A stretch of DNA of 64,000 bases from Candidatus Saccharimonadales bacterium (GTDB taxonomy: Bacteria > Patescibacteriota > Saccharimonadia > Saccharimonadales > UBA7683). The DNA is taken from assembly GCA_046350615.1 (NCBI GenBank), contig JAXMAA010000001.1, forward strand, positions 72,480-136,479. Direction: 5' to 3'. The notes beneath the pieces are model-generated. The model had not been told where the DNA came from and ran no database searches. It saw nothing but the letters and a program-made list of their open reading frames with translations. The translations under genes and the position numbers were made by a program. This document shows positions 17,211 through 27,161 of this stretch, one piece after another (the first letter of the stretch is position 1; each line of letters starts with the position of its first letter).

Positions 17211-18386
17211 CTATTCATTTACATCTACCCGAGCACTCGTTGCGCTTGGCATAATGCGCTCAAACTCCTCTTTCAAATCAGTAACTGAAATTGATTTTTT
17301 TGGTCTTTCAATCAAAACATCTTCGGCACCGAAACGGAACTCACTGCTGAAATCAACTGTAATGTCTTTATCGTCCGCGCTCACACGAAACTTAGTTGGC
17401 CGACGTGTTTTTTTGCCAACCCAAAGTTCCACAACTGGTTTTGACGCTTCTTTAGCGACTCCATCTTTGGCATCTTTAAAGCCTTCGGCGATCTTCTTTT
17501 CATCAAGCTCGCAATCTTGTTTGATGGTTTTGAAAGATTCAAGCGTGATGACTTCTTTGGCGAAACTCTCAGCCGCAGCATTATTAAAATCAAGCTTGTA
17601 ATGAAAGCTGCTTTCGTTTGCGGCAGTCTGGTTCTTTAATTTTTCACTGACTACAATAAACTGATTCTCATTAAAGAGTTTTTTGAGTTGTTTTGAATCG
17701 TCTTTTGATATTTTGAAGCTTTTTAGCGCCTCGGTGCATGTATCAACCTCATCTTTACTAGCACTTGAAAGCTTGCTGATGTCATTTTTAGTAATTTTGA
17801 TCCAACGGTTATCAACCTTAGCTACGATCGGGTTAACATACTCTCCGTAAGCCGCAGCCTCGGGATTGTTCAAGAGCAACTGGTCTACTAGGGCCTTGAG
17901 CTTTTCGACCTTAAAATACACCTCATCTTCTCCAAATACGACAGCGGAGGTTTTGACCGTGTACATTCGGCCTGCAAAATCAAGTGTGATATCCGCACTT
18001 CCTTGCCCATCCTCACCAGTCGCCTTACCCTCAAAAGCCACTTTTACTTTCACCGATTGGTCTCCCTTGTATTCATACGTAAGTGAGCCAAGGGTAGTGC
18101 TTGAACTCTCTTCGCCAAAAGAGCTGATTGTATTTGCCAATGCATCAGCTAGAACCTTCTCGGGCTTGTTGTTTTGATAGTTATAAAATGCAAAGGCCCC
18201 ACCTCCGGTCAGCAGAACCACAAACGCGAGTGCAAAGCCAATAAATAGACCTTTTTTATTCGACTTTCGTAAGTTTGCTGGCTCGGGTGGCGTAACGAAA
18301 GTTGCTGGGGGTGGCGTAGGAGTCTGTGGTACAGCTTCTGACACTGAAGCCTGAGCCGGTTCTTGCGGGTTTTGAAAATCATCCAT
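17211..18386 (-). CDS. hypothetical single-pass membrane protein (Pro-rich N-terminus, one TM, ~310-aa outside domain)
   Basis: The TM segment is GLFIGFALAFVVLLTGGGAFAFYNY. It is the last gene of the ABC ATPase/permease cluster. I recognise no family. Confidence 0.6.
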   Translation of the reverse strand: MDDFQNPQEPAQASVSEAVPQTPTPPPATFVTPPEPANLRKSNKKGLFIGFALAFVVLLTGGGAFAFYNYQNNKPEKVLADALANTISSFGEESSSTTLGSLTYEYKGDQSVKVKVAFEGKATGEDGQGSADITLDFAGRMYTVKTSAVVFGEDEVYFKVEKLKALVDQLLLNNPEAAAYGEYVNPIVAKVDNRWIKITKNDISKLSSASKDEVDTCTEALKSFKISKDDSKQLKKLFNENQFIVVSEKLKNQTAANESSFHYKLDFNNAAAESFAKEVITLESFKTIKQDCELDEKKIAEGFKDAKDGVAKEASKPVVELWVGKKTRRPTKFRVSADDKDITVDFSSEFRFGAEDVLIERPKKSISVTDLKEEFERIMPSATSARVDVNE

Positions 18387-18473
18387 ACATACTCCTTTAT
18401 TGTTACGTTAGAGTATAGCTGGGCCAGTAAAAAGCACAAGCGATATTTTCAATCGTTTGATTTATGTATAATT

Positions 18474-19841
18474 TTATTCGGTTCTTAAGGCTTCGACTGG
18501 GTTGAGCCTGCCTGCTTTTCGTGCTGGTAAAATACCGGCAAAAATTGCCACCAGCATCAAGCCAACCACCAACGCTATAATTGGCAGTGGTTGGAACACA
18601 AGCAAGCTATTGCCTGCGCCAAGATCTACAGTTTCAGTAATCCACGGGTTCAGAAGCGTACCTAAGGCAAAGGCTAACCCCGAACCAAGTGCGCCGCCGA
18701 GCAGACCGATCCATGCTGCCTCAACTCGAAACAGTCGTGAAATGTCCCTTCGCCGCATACCAAGTGCCTTCATTAACCCAATCTGCTGGGTACGCTCAAG
18801 TACGCTAATATACTGCGTATTAATCACACCAAACACAGAGGCAATAACAGCCAAAAAGGCGAAGCCGACAACTATTCCTTGTAAGATATTGATAAACTGC
18901 ATTAAAAATTGCTGAGTTTCTTTGGCGGAAAGTGTGGTATAGCCCATTTTCTTTAATGTATCTTGTGCCGTACTAAGCTTTTGTGCATTTTCACCGCCCT
19001 TAATGCGCACGTAGACAGAGGTATACTTTTGGTAATCATCGGTTCCTTTTGTTGAGATTTCCTTCAGGCGGAGCGCCTCCTCATTATTGATAAGCAAGTA
19101 TAGTTCCGTGCCAGGTTGCGCAGTTACAGGCTTTTTAAGAACACCCACTACAGTAAAAGACTCCTCTTTTAATGAGCCTGAGCTTAATGCGGCTAGCTCT
19201 TCTGGTGAAATACCTCCGGCAATGCGACTTGCCAGTTCGACAGGGTCTACCGGTGATCTGAAGGCCCCTGTCACGGTTTTACCAATCGCATCTTCAGCAT
19301 TCTTGAAACCCAGTGGTTCAAGAAAACCCTCCGGCATCAGGACCGATCCACCTTTAAGCGGCTTCGGCATGGTACCGGCTAGAAGATCGGGGCTCTGGAA
19401 TGGATTGAGAGCACCGAGTGTTGCCACGTACTTCTTTTGACCCTCTCGAGTTATATAGGCAGCGTTCACACTGACGCCTTCTCGAAGAGATTCCACCTCT
19501 TTTAGCTCTCGTATTTTTTGCAGATCGTCTTGCGAGAGACGCTTCACTTGAATTGCCGCACCCGCACTGCTGCTCGATGCGCCAAAGCTTGGATCGTACT
19601 CAAGGGGCTTGCTAGCATCTGCCGCACCAAGTATTTGCTCGTCTTTTGTAATAATCAGCTCGGCTGGATCAAAATTATCACTAATAACACCATCTATAAA
19701 TTGGCGTGCGCCAGTGCTCGCAGCCATGGTAAGTGTGAGAGTAAACGCTCCAACACCGATAGCAAGTGCCGTTAAAATGGTACGGATTTTGGCATGACGC
19801 AGACTTCTGCCCGCTCGCCTGGCAATATCGATAATTTTCAT
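18474..19841 (-). CDS. ABC transporter permease, FtsX/MacB-like
   Basis: The architecture is an N-terminal TM, a large extracytoplasmic domain, and a C-terminal FtsX-type 3-TM bundle (IGLMKALGMRRRDISRLFRVEAAWIGLLGG). Confidence 0.85.
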   Translation of the reverse strand: MKIIDIARRAGRSLRHAKIRTILTALAIGVGAFTLTLTMAASTGARQFIDGVISDNFDPAELIITKDEQILGAADASKPLEYDPSFGASSSSAGAAIQVKRLSQDDLQKIRELKEVESLREGVSVNAAYITREGQKKYVATLGALNPFQSPDLLAGTMPKPLKGGSVLMPEGFLEPLGFKNAEDAIGKTVTGAFRSPVDPVELASRIAGGISPEELAALSSGSLKEESFTVVGVLKKPVTAQPGTELYLLINNEEALRLKEISTKGTDDYQKYTSVYVRIKGGENAQKLSTAQDTLKKMGYTTLSAKETQQFLMQFINILQGIVVGFAFLAVIASVFGVINTQYISVLERTQQIGLMKALGMRRRDISRLFRVEAAWIGLLGGALGSGLAFALGTLLNPWITETVDLGAGNSLLVFQPLPIIALVVGLMLVAIFAGILPARKAGRLNPVEALRTE

Positions 19842-19843
19842 GG

Positions 19844-20554
19844 CTATGCCCCCACCTTTCTGCGTGTGCTACGTGACGACTTCTGTTCGATAGTCGCAAT
19901 CTTGCCATCTTTAACATAAATACGCACATCACATTTTTGAGCCAGCTCTTCATCGTGCGTCACAATTATTAAAGTCATGCCTTTTTGCTTATTAAAGCCA
20001 AATAAAAGATCTTCTACTTTTTGCCCGGTTACAGAATCGAGATTGCCAGTTGGTTCATCTGCAAATAAAATCTCTGGCTCGCCAACAATCGCCCTGGCAA
20101 TTGCAAGACGCTGTTTTTGGCCTCCAGAAAGATCGCGAGCACGACTCTTCTTTTTATCAAACAACTCTACTTCCTTCAGAGCCTGTTCAACCATCTTTTT
20201 CCGTCGAGTACGTGAAATTTTAGCTATCTCGAGCGGCAAACTCACGTTGTCAAAACAGCTTTCGTTGGCTTGTACAAAAAAGCTTTGAAAAATAAAACCA
20301 ATTTTTTCAGAACGAAACCGATCAACCTGTTTTGGTTTTAAATCGAGAATGTTAATACCATCTACCAAAATCTGCCCCGTTTGCGGACGATCCAAGCCAC
20401 TCATTGCGTGCATTAAAGTGGACTTCCCAGAACCAGACTTACCAATAATCGCCACACTTGACCCAGATGCTATCTTAAAGCTAACGTCTTTTAGGGCATG
20501 AAATTCCGTCTTCTTTTTCCCATACTTCTTACTGATATTTTTAACTTCAATCAT
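19844..20554 (-). CDS. ABC transporter ATP-binding protein (MacB/LolD-type)
   Basis: It has Walker A GKSGSGKSTLMH, the signature LSGGQKQRLAIARA and Walker B ILFADEPTGNLD. Confidence 0.92.
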   Translation of the reverse strand: MIEVKNISKKYGKKKTEFHALKDVSFKIASGSSVAIIGKSGSGKSTLMHAMSGLDRPQTGQILVDGINILDLKPKQVDRFRSEKIGFIFQSFFVQANESCFDNVSLPLEIAKISRTRRKKMVEQALKEVELFDKKKSRARDLSGGQKQRLAIARAIVGEPEILFADEPTGNLDSVTGQKVEDLLFGFNKQKGMTLIIVTHDEELAQKCDVRIYVKDGKIATIEQKSSRSTRRKVGA

Positions 20555-20688
20555 TTACTCGATTGCCTCCATTCCGTGCCAGAAGGCCACGAAACTACTA
20601 ACATAATGAATCTCTTGCTTTCTCTTACCTACCTAGTATAGCGGATTTAAAAACTAATCACTCTTGGCATCAACGAAAGGTTCTGACT

Positions 20689-22677
20689 CTACTTCCAGAG
20701 TTGGAAATTTTTAGTAATTTCTTTGAGCTCATCTGATTTTCCGAACAACGCCAGTGCCCAGAAATCAACATCTTCAATAGCAGTTTTCTTGAGTAGTTCC
20801 ATCTCCTCTTTTGAAGAGCCGATGGTCATAGTTTCGACAAAGGCGTTGTTAGGTAAACTAAGTTTCTGGGCCTTTTTGTAAGCTTTTAGCAGCTCTTTGG
20901 AGTTCGCTGCTTTAAAAATAATGGCCGGATGATGTGCGATGATTACATCAAGCTCACCAGTTTTGTCTTGATATTCAAGAAAATCAAATCGACCGGGGTT
21001 ATGCATTGTACCCACCAGGCCCGCAACCGCATGATTGGCGGCGTTAATAAGCCTGCCGGTTTCAACGCCTTCTTTAAGAATTACCACCATCTGATAGGCT
21101 AGGCGATGCTCTTCGCTCATAAGCTCACTTGTTGGCGAAAGCGTATTTGGCCGGCGAGTGCTACCATGGCTTAACTGAACCTCTGGATAGATAGCTTTGG
21201 TAACCTCGTCAATCTCAGCTCTGAGCTGCGGGAATGGCACCCCTTCGCGTGCTGTTACACCTTCAAAAATCCAAAACACTCTTTCGGAAAAACCAAGTCC
21301 ACATGCAGGTGGCATACCGTATTCAAGCATTTCCACGTAGTCGATATCGAGCATTTGCGCCTCATCATCACCAGCATCGCGCATTTTTTGCTGTTCCAAG
21401 AAACGATTAAGCTGATCAACCGGGTCATTCAGCTCACTCCAACCGTTACATAGTTCGCTACCGCCAATGACTGCCTGAAATCGCTGCACAAAATGAGGGT
21501 TAGTATCATCCGCTTTACTGAGGGGAGAAATAAATGTTGGTGTGTTAATAAGCCAGACTGGACCAGCCACGGTTGCACGAACCCTCTTCCAGAGCTTATC
21601 AATACCGCGCGAAATATTCTCAGTTTTTTCTACTTCGAGCCCGTGCTTCTTCAGTGCGGCCTTCACTTCGTCGATTGTGCAGTCGAACACCTCGATACCG
21701 TAATGTTCGCGAATAACGGTCGCATAATCCCATCGCTCCCACGGTTTGCTCATATCAATTTCTTGGCCGTCGAGAGTAAACTGCAGAGTACCGAATGCTT
21801 CTTGCAGCACTTTTTTGAACATCTCCTCCATGAATACCATGCCATCTTGCCAGTCTGCATATGCCCAGTACCATTCCATTGCAATATGCTCCGGTAAATG
21901 TTCATCCGAGTAGTTCTCGTTTCGAAAACGTGGACCAATATCAAAGACTTTTTCATACCCAGCGCCAATCAAGCGCTTTAAGGGTAGCTCGTGTGAAATA
22001 CGAAGGTAAAAATCTTGATTCAAAGCGTCCATGTGCGTTACAAATGGATTCGCATCGGCGCCGCCGGTAGTATGCTCCAGCACTGGAATATTAATTTCCG
22101 TAAAATCATTGTTCAGAAGAAAATCGCGTGTTGCCTGCCAAAACTTTGAGCGTCGAATGAATCGTTGGCGAACATCTTCATTGACGTTCATGTCCACGTA
22201 GCGCCGACGCATGCGCTCCTCTTTATTCGTAAAGCCGTCTTGTGCTGTGGGCATTGGTCGAAGCGATTTAGTCAAAAGCCGCAAATTCTGCACATCAATT
22301 GAAATCTCACCAGTTTTGCTTTTTATAATTGGTCCTGTTGCCTCAATAAAATCACCTCCATCCAGAAGATTGAGATGCTCAAGTCCAATAAAGCCGGCCT
22401 GAGGATTTGTGGGCCGCACTCCGCCATCTTTCAAGAAGAGCTGTACCTGCCCTGATGCATCCTTCAAAACTATGAAGGCAAGTTTGCCAAACTTACGAAT
22501 GCCGATAATTCTGCCTGCAACCGTCGCTATTTGGTCTTCTAAGACATCAAACTTAGCAATAACGTCACCCATCATATGGGTTCGGTTCGATTTTGCGGGG
22601 TACGGGTTAAGGCCCAGCTTTTTTAGCTCTCCCAGTTTTCTTAGGCGCTCATCGCGCAGTTCTTTCAAGTTCGCCAT
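20689..22677 (-). CDS. lysS: lysine--tRNA ligase (class II) with a ~145-aa C-terminal DUF2000/PTH2-like extension
   Basis: The N-terminus has the OB anticodon-binding domain (VAGRIIGIRKFGKLAFIVLKDASGQVQLF) and the class II core (FRNE, GGSELCNGWSELNDP, GLGFSERV). About 145 extra residues follow. Confidence 0.9.
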   Translation of the reverse strand: MANLKELRDERLRKLGELKKLGLNPYPAKSNRTHMMGDVIAKFDVLEDQIATVAGRIIGIRKFGKLAFIVLKDASGQVQLFLKDGGVRPTNPQAGFIGLEHLNLLDGGDFIEATGPIIKSKTGEISIDVQNLRLLTKSLRPMPTAQDGFTNKEERMRRRYVDMNVNEDVRQRFIRRSKFWQATRDFLLNNDFTEINIPVLEHTTGGADANPFVTHMDALNQDFYLRISHELPLKRLIGAGYEKVFDIGPRFRNENYSDEHLPEHIAMEWYWAYADWQDGMVFMEEMFKKVLQEAFGTLQFTLDGQEIDMSKPWERWDYATVIREHYGIEVFDCTIDEVKAALKKHGLEVEKTENISRGIDKLWKRVRATVAGPVWLINTPTFISPLSKADDTNPHFVQRFQAVIGGSELCNGWSELNDPVDQLNRFLEQQKMRDAGDDEAQMLDIDYVEMLEYGMPPACGLGFSERVFWIFEGVTAREGVPFPQLRAEIDEVTKAIYPEVQLSHGSTRRPNTLSPTSELMSEEHRLAYQMVVILKEGVETGRLINAANHAVAGLVGTMHNPGRFDFLEYQDKTGELDVIIAHHPAIIFKAANSKELLKAYKKAQKLSLPNNAFVETMTIGSSKEEMELLKKTAIEDVDFWALALFGKSDELKEITKNFQLWK

Positions 22678-22683
22678 ATAGTC

Positions 22684-23121
22684 CTATTCTACCACTGTTC
22701 TGATGAAATCAGAAAGTCCAATGAATACACCAAGATGCATGTGAGTTGGTTCTTCGCGAGGCATAACATGGCCAAGAATATCCCACTTAGTCCACGACCC
22801 TTCACCAAAGTGCGCATGCAAACAATCATATGTATCATACGCAAATTTCCTCATTTCATGGTTATTGGAGCCAACATCACCAACACCAGCAACAACAGGC
22901 CCTGGTAACCGAAATGGGAAATCAACAGTGCTATCCAAAAGCGGCATAGCCTCATTTTCAACAATAAACTCCCCGACTCTATAAAGCTTACTGAGTGGTG
23001 ATGTAACTGCTTCGAGCATTGCAGACCTAATTGCTTCATCGCGTTGCATAGAAACGGGTATTCCCCTTTTTACAGCGCCAGGATTCGGCGGCAATACAAT
23101 CACGTGTTCAATATTTTTCAT
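22684..23121 (-). CDS. hypothetical protein (145 aa from MKNIEHV)
   Basis: From the ORF track; I prefer the ATG at 23121. No family is recognised. A C-terminal HMHLG resembles a degenerate HIT-like motif, but I do not rely on it. Confidence 0.5.
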   Translation of the reverse strand: MKNIEHVIVLPPNPGAVKRGIPVSMQRDEAIRSAMLEAVTSPLSKLYRVGEFIVENEAMPLLDSTVDFPFRLPGPVVAGVGDVGSNNHEMRKFAYDTYDCLHAHFGEGSWTKWDILGHVMPREEPTHMHLGVFIGLSDFIRTVVE

Positions 23122-23176
23122 GTCATTATTCAATCTATAATTCAGTAGCAAAGCTGAGCTACCCTCGCTTCACAAA

Positions 23177-23213
23177 CTCCCCTTAACTACAGTCCGGCAC
23201 GGGGATGACAAGG
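23177..23213. repeat. degenerate member of the ...GGGRATGACAA hairpin repeat family
   Basis: The sequence is CTCCCCttaactacagtccggcacGGGGATGACAAGG, which has the same stem plus ATGACAA tail seen at 31398, 53838 and 61582. Confidence 0.4.
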
Positions 23214-23236
23214 TGGGGGTAGTTCAGATAGCAGAG

Positions 23237-24349
23237 TTAATTATCTGAAGAGCGGGATGAGATTAGGTTAAGAAATGTTTCGTAACCACATACGAGATTC
23301 TCAAGCGATGTCACACTAACCCACTCATCCGCAGTATGGGCATTCCCGCCTTCTGGCCCCCAGGTGATGACTGGCAAACCTAGGCTTGCGAGTACATTAT
23401 CGTCACCGACGCTCTTTCGTTCAATATAAGTAACCGGCTCATTATATACTTGCCTGATAGTCTGCTCAAGAACGTCTTGATACGGGAATGTAGAGTTGTG
23501 ATAACCAGGCAGGTAAGGAGTTTTACGCGGTGCGACGACTACATGAGCATTACTGCCAGCAAGCTGCTGAAGCTTTGCTTGTATGCCCTCAATACCCTCA
23601 CCATACGCAGCCAGAACCTCAACTTGACAAGAGGCAGCCTCAGGAACACTCATACCAACAACCTCACTCTGCACCGAACGTATCTGCGCCGTAGAACCAT
23701 GCGCGTCAAACATTTCATGACGAGTGGTATAGAAACTTCCCAAAAATTTTTGCATTCGCTCAATAGCATCCACGCCATCTTGGTAATTGGCGAGATGTGC
23801 ACTTTTACCCTGAAAAACGACATCGAACAAAAACCGCCCCGTTCTACCAATAGTTATATGTGAAGATCCACCCACCAAACTTGGCTCAGCAGACACAACC
23901 AAGCTGACATCTTGAAAGAACTGTTCGTTGTTTCCGGCTGCGTACCACGCTCCTTCGGAGGCCTCCTCCTCATCAACCGCCAAAAATACCTTTACGTATG
24001 CCGTCGTATGGCGAGTCGCTTCTAAAAACGCCGCTATTCCACCTTTCATATCGAATGCGCCTAGTCCGTACAGCCTCCCATTTTCGCAGCGAAGCTCAAG
24101 TGGATCACCACCCCAACCTTGAGCTGGTGCTACCGTATCTTGATGTCCGTAAAATAGTATCGCTTTGCTTTTTGGGTGATCGTTTTTAACAGCATACAAA
24201 TTACTTCGCCCTTCAGAAACCTCTTGAACTTCAACCGAAAAACCCGAATCTTCTAGTAACTTTTTGAAGAGTGGCGTTATCGCCCGCTCGCTGCCAGTAC
24301 GTGAATCAGCTGCCACTAATTTGGTGAGGTTATTAAGAATATTGTTCAT
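23237..24349 (-). CDS. M20 family metallopeptidase (ArgE/DapE/ACY1-like)
   Basis: Supporting motifs are ILFYGHQDTVAP, GAFDMKGGIAAFL and AVDEEEASEGA. Confidence 0.8.
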   Translation of the reverse strand: MNNILNNLTKLVAADSRTGSERAITPLFKKLLEDSGFSVEVQEVSEGRSNLYAVKNDHPKSKAILFYGHQDTVAPAQGWGGDPLELRCENGRLYGLGAFDMKGGIAAFLEATRHTTAYVKVFLAVDEEEASEGAWYAAGNNEQFFQDVSLVVSAEPSLVGGSSHITIGRTGRFLFDVVFQGKSAHLANYQDGVDAIERMQKFLGSFYTTRHEMFDAHGSTAQIRSVQSEVVGMSVPEAASCQVEVLAAYGEGIEGIQAKLQQLAGSNAHVVVAPRKTPYLPGYHNSTFPYQDVLEQTIRQVYNEPVTYIERKSVGDDNVLASLGLPVITWGPEGGNAHTADEWVSVTSLENLVCGYETFLNLISSRSSDN

Positions 24350-24357
24350 ACACTCCT

Positions 24358-25323
24358 CTATCTTATCGCACGTGTCACTTTAAATGTTGGAAAAAGATTG
24401 CGTATTTCACCAGAGATTGGCACAACTGATCGTAAAATGCCCTCAATCCCCAGCAACCCAGCATTGTGAGCGGCTTGCCGAGCCGAGCGTCTGCCGCTTC
24501 TTTTAGCAGCCGCGTGCACACCAACATCAGAGCCATTACATTCACCAAAAATAACATCGGCACCATCTTTTTCGGCCATCACAACAACTGCAGCCGCACA
24601 CATACCATAATAGCCTTTGCCACGGTGGTCGGGGTGCGTTGCTGCCTCGGTAACCTCTGCGAACCGTAGGTCACCAATAGATCCAACCTGAACCTGCGTT
24701 CGATAATAAGCCGCAACCGAGGCTATGATGCCACCGGCACGCAATACTATTAACTGCATACGCGGATCCTCCAGCATCTCATCAACCGTCTCAAGATCCA
24801 TGCCAAAGGTCGGCTCATACAACTCATGTAGTTGCTGCCTGTCCTGATCAGTCGGTTCATCCAATACTTCAAGCTCTTCGGTCTCGAAAAGATCACGAGA
24901 GATCGTATTCTGCTGCGCCCGCCAAATACCATCAATAACACCCGTTTCGGGCGCCATAGCAAGCGCTCGCCTCGAATCTGTCGCGCTGCCCAAATATGCT
25001 ATCCATAGGTGGTCTTGGGGGTTGACACCTTCTGGGCAGAGAGGATATGCAGCCTCTACAAGCTGCCCTGTATTATGATGTTCTTCCAAATACCCTGCTA
25101 GTGCACTAAACGGCGTGATAATTCGCATACTAACTTTCTCGGTATCCGGCAAGCCCAGTGCTTCTTCCACAATTCCTTCGCCGAGTATTTCAATAGATTC
25201 GGGCTGTTCCACCACCAACGGATAAAATGCTTTACGCCGAGCATCACTCGCCACCGACGGCGGGAATGACTCCTCCGCCGTCGGCCGAACGCCACTCGGC
25301 AACCATAATTCACTTTTACTCAT
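24358..25323 (-). CDS. hypothetical protein with a C-terminal GNAT acetyltransferase-like domain
   Basis: The segment FAEVTEAATHPDHRGKGYYGMCAAAVVVMAEKDGADVIFGECN fits GNAT motif A. The N-terminal ~190 aa are unassigned. Confidence 0.55.
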   Translation of the reverse strand: MSKSELWLPSGVRPTAEESFPPSVASDARRKAFYPLVVEQPESIEILGEGIVEEALGLPDTEKVSMRIITPFSALAGYLEEHHNTGQLVEAAYPLCPEGVNPQDHLWIAYLGSATDSRRALAMAPETGVIDGIWRAQQNTISRDLFETEELEVLDEPTDQDRQQLHELYEPTFGMDLETVDEMLEDPRMQLIVLRAGGIIASVAAYYRTQVQVGSIGDLRFAEVTEAATHPDHRGKGYYGMCAAAVVVMAEKDGADVIFGECNGSDVGVHAAAKRSGRRSARQAAHNAGLLGIEGILRSVVPISGEIRNLFPTFKVTRAIR

Positions 25324-25363
25324 ACTTTCCCTCTTTTATCAAAAGTTTAGAAACTTTTGCTTT

Positions 25364-25849
25364 CTAGCTTTCGTCTCCAATCGAAACCCGATCGATATCA
25401 ACAACATTTCGAAGCGTAATCACGGCTCCACTCGTTAATCCTTCAGGCGCAATCTGCCAAGTAGCCTCAGGACGCTGCCTTGTGTTGCCAAAAATTGGGT
25501 CGTCTGTCTCGATTGTTGTTACGTCAATATATAGTCTTTCCGGCCCATCCGCCAAACCATAATCTCCTTCTGGCAGTAACGTTATGCCACGTGGCGCCTC
25601 CTGTTGGCCTGCGCCATCCAGACAAGTTACGTCAACACTAGCTACAGCTCGACGCCTACCTTGCGTAGAACCAATAACTGCAACCCCTGTGTCTTCTGGA
25701 CACTCCACACCCATAGTGAATTGGTTAGAAACTTCTCTAGATTCACCACAACCTGCGAGCCCCATCCAGGCAAGAAACGCCATTCCTATTACTCCAAGAG
25801 TACGATTGCGACGTGCTCTATTTGGATATTGTCTTTGTAAATTTTCCAT
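25364..25849 (-). CDS. putative lipoprotein
   Basis: The signal peptide carries a lipobox: TLGVIGMAFLAWMGLAGC. Confidence 0.7.
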   Translation of the reverse strand: MENLQRQYPNRARRNRTLGVIGMAFLAWMGLAGCGESREVSNQFTMGVECPEDTGVAVIGSTQGRRRAVASVDVTCLDGAGQQEAPRGITLLPEGDYGLADGPERLYIDVTTIETDDPIFGNTRQRPEATWQIAPEGLTSGAVITLRNVVDIDRVSIGDES

Positions 25850-26067
25850 AAAAATCCTTCATCAATTAATGTTTGGTCAATAGCCGGCAATCAACTCTGA
25901 TTCCCCTTCTACGACACAAACATCTTAATTTTTTAGTAAATTAAAACTCCCCGGTCTTTATGTCGCAGCACCAGGGAGTTTTATAAGTAATATAAAGCAG
26001 GCTTCAGGTACTACGACCGAAGCTTTGCCTTTACTATTACTAGATGAATCATATTCATGATTGTTGA

Positions 26068-26096
26068 ATTGTATACCTATTTTATATTATTGTCAA
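26068..26096 (-). promoter_or_regulatory. sigma-70 promoter TTGACA-17-TACAAT reading toward the lipoprotein gene cluster
   Basis: The minus strand reads TTGACAataatataaaataggtaTACAAT. It overlaps the 3' end of the TrmB-like gene. Confidence 0.55.
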
Positions 26097-26871
26097 CAAC
26101 TTTTGCTTGTTGCCAAATTGATTCAAATTGAGCCTGAAATAGGCGTACGGCAAATGCTTGATTTAATACGAGGCTGAGGCGATCTACTGTATTAGCAGGA
26201 TCACTGAAAGTTATCATAGCGGCTAAACCATCAATAATAGTTATGTGAAAGCCGCGCTCTTCTCTGTAATGCCGCACTGAAACCCCGAGCCTTTGCCACT
26301 TACTCACAATGTGGTAGTTCGCCGGCTGTAGCTCTTGCACCACATGCCGAATGTAAACGCCACGCGCTATCGCCTCTCGTTGCACGTGGTGCAAATCATC
26401 TGAAAATGCGATTCCGATCGCAAAGACATCTATTGTTTTTTGTGCCTGATGAGCCAACTTCATATACTCACGATACATCGACTCCCGACCCACAATCAGC
26501 CGTGCACCACCCGTATCTGTAGTACCCGTAAGATCACCGCCAATCGCCCGGCCAAGCAGCCCCGCCAGATCATGTACATGAGTGCTGTAAGCAGCCCTCA
26601 AGCCATTCTCCCGAGCAATTACTTCGTAACGGATCGGCCGCTTCGCCACAAACCGAATAAGGTTCTTCTCCTCGAGTGCCTCAAACATCCGATATACTGC
26701 ATTCGGAAACACCATTAGCTGCCCCGCTACATCTTGTGCACTCATTGGGCATCTCTTTGCTGCCATCACCGTATATAGCTGCAGTTCATGATCACTCAGC
26801 CCAAGCAACCGTAAATACTCCAGCACTTCATCTGGCAACTCAGGAACATATATTGATTGAGCTGTGCGCAT
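26077..26871 (-). CDS. TrmB-family transcriptional regulator
   Basis: It has an N-terminal wHTH (LEYLRLLGLSDHELQLYTVMAAKRCPMSAQDVAGQLMVFPNAVYRMFEALEEKNLIRFV) and the C-terminal effector-type domain length expected for TrmB. Confidence 0.75.
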   Translation of the reverse strand: MRTAQSIYVPELPDEVLEYLRLLGLSDHELQLYTVMAAKRCPMSAQDVAGQLMVFPNAVYRMFEALEEKNLIRFVAKRPIRYEVIARENGLRAAYSTHVHDLAGLLGRAIGGDLTGTTDTGGARLIVGRESMYREYMKLAHQAQKTIDVFAIGIAFSDDLHHVQREAIARGVYIRHVVQELQPANYHIVSKWQRLGVSVRHYREERGFHITIIDGLAAMITFSDPANTVDRLSLVLNQAFAVRLFQAQFESIWQQAKVVDNNIK

Positions 26872-26981
26872 AATTACATTTTAACATATTTTTGTTAAAA
26901 CATATTAAAAAATTATTCGTATATTTACACAAATTTTATATGCTGAGTGTAGAGGTTTAGCACCTCAAAGGAGTTACGATT

Positions 26982-27068
26982 ATGAAAAACGTACAAGATA
27001 TATCCCCTACCGTTGACGAAACCGTTTCAAGAAACTTCGAAAGCATTGATATAACCTACAATGACTAA
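26982..27068 (+). CDS. 28-codon small ORF (MKNVQDISPTVDETVSRNFESIDITYND) with a strong SD
   Basis: It is not in the track because it is under 60 aa. AAAGGAG lies 7 nt upstream of the ATG. It sits 93 nt upstream of the CysK-like gene on the same strand. Confidence 0.4.
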   Translation: MKNVQDISPTVDETVSRNFESIDITYND

Positions 27069-27161
27069 CCCGCCCGCAAAGGGTTTATACAGCCCGGCAC
27101 CCAACTTGAGGGCTACACTACTCAATCACCTAAAGTAGTCCTTGCAACTGATGGTGCGCTT

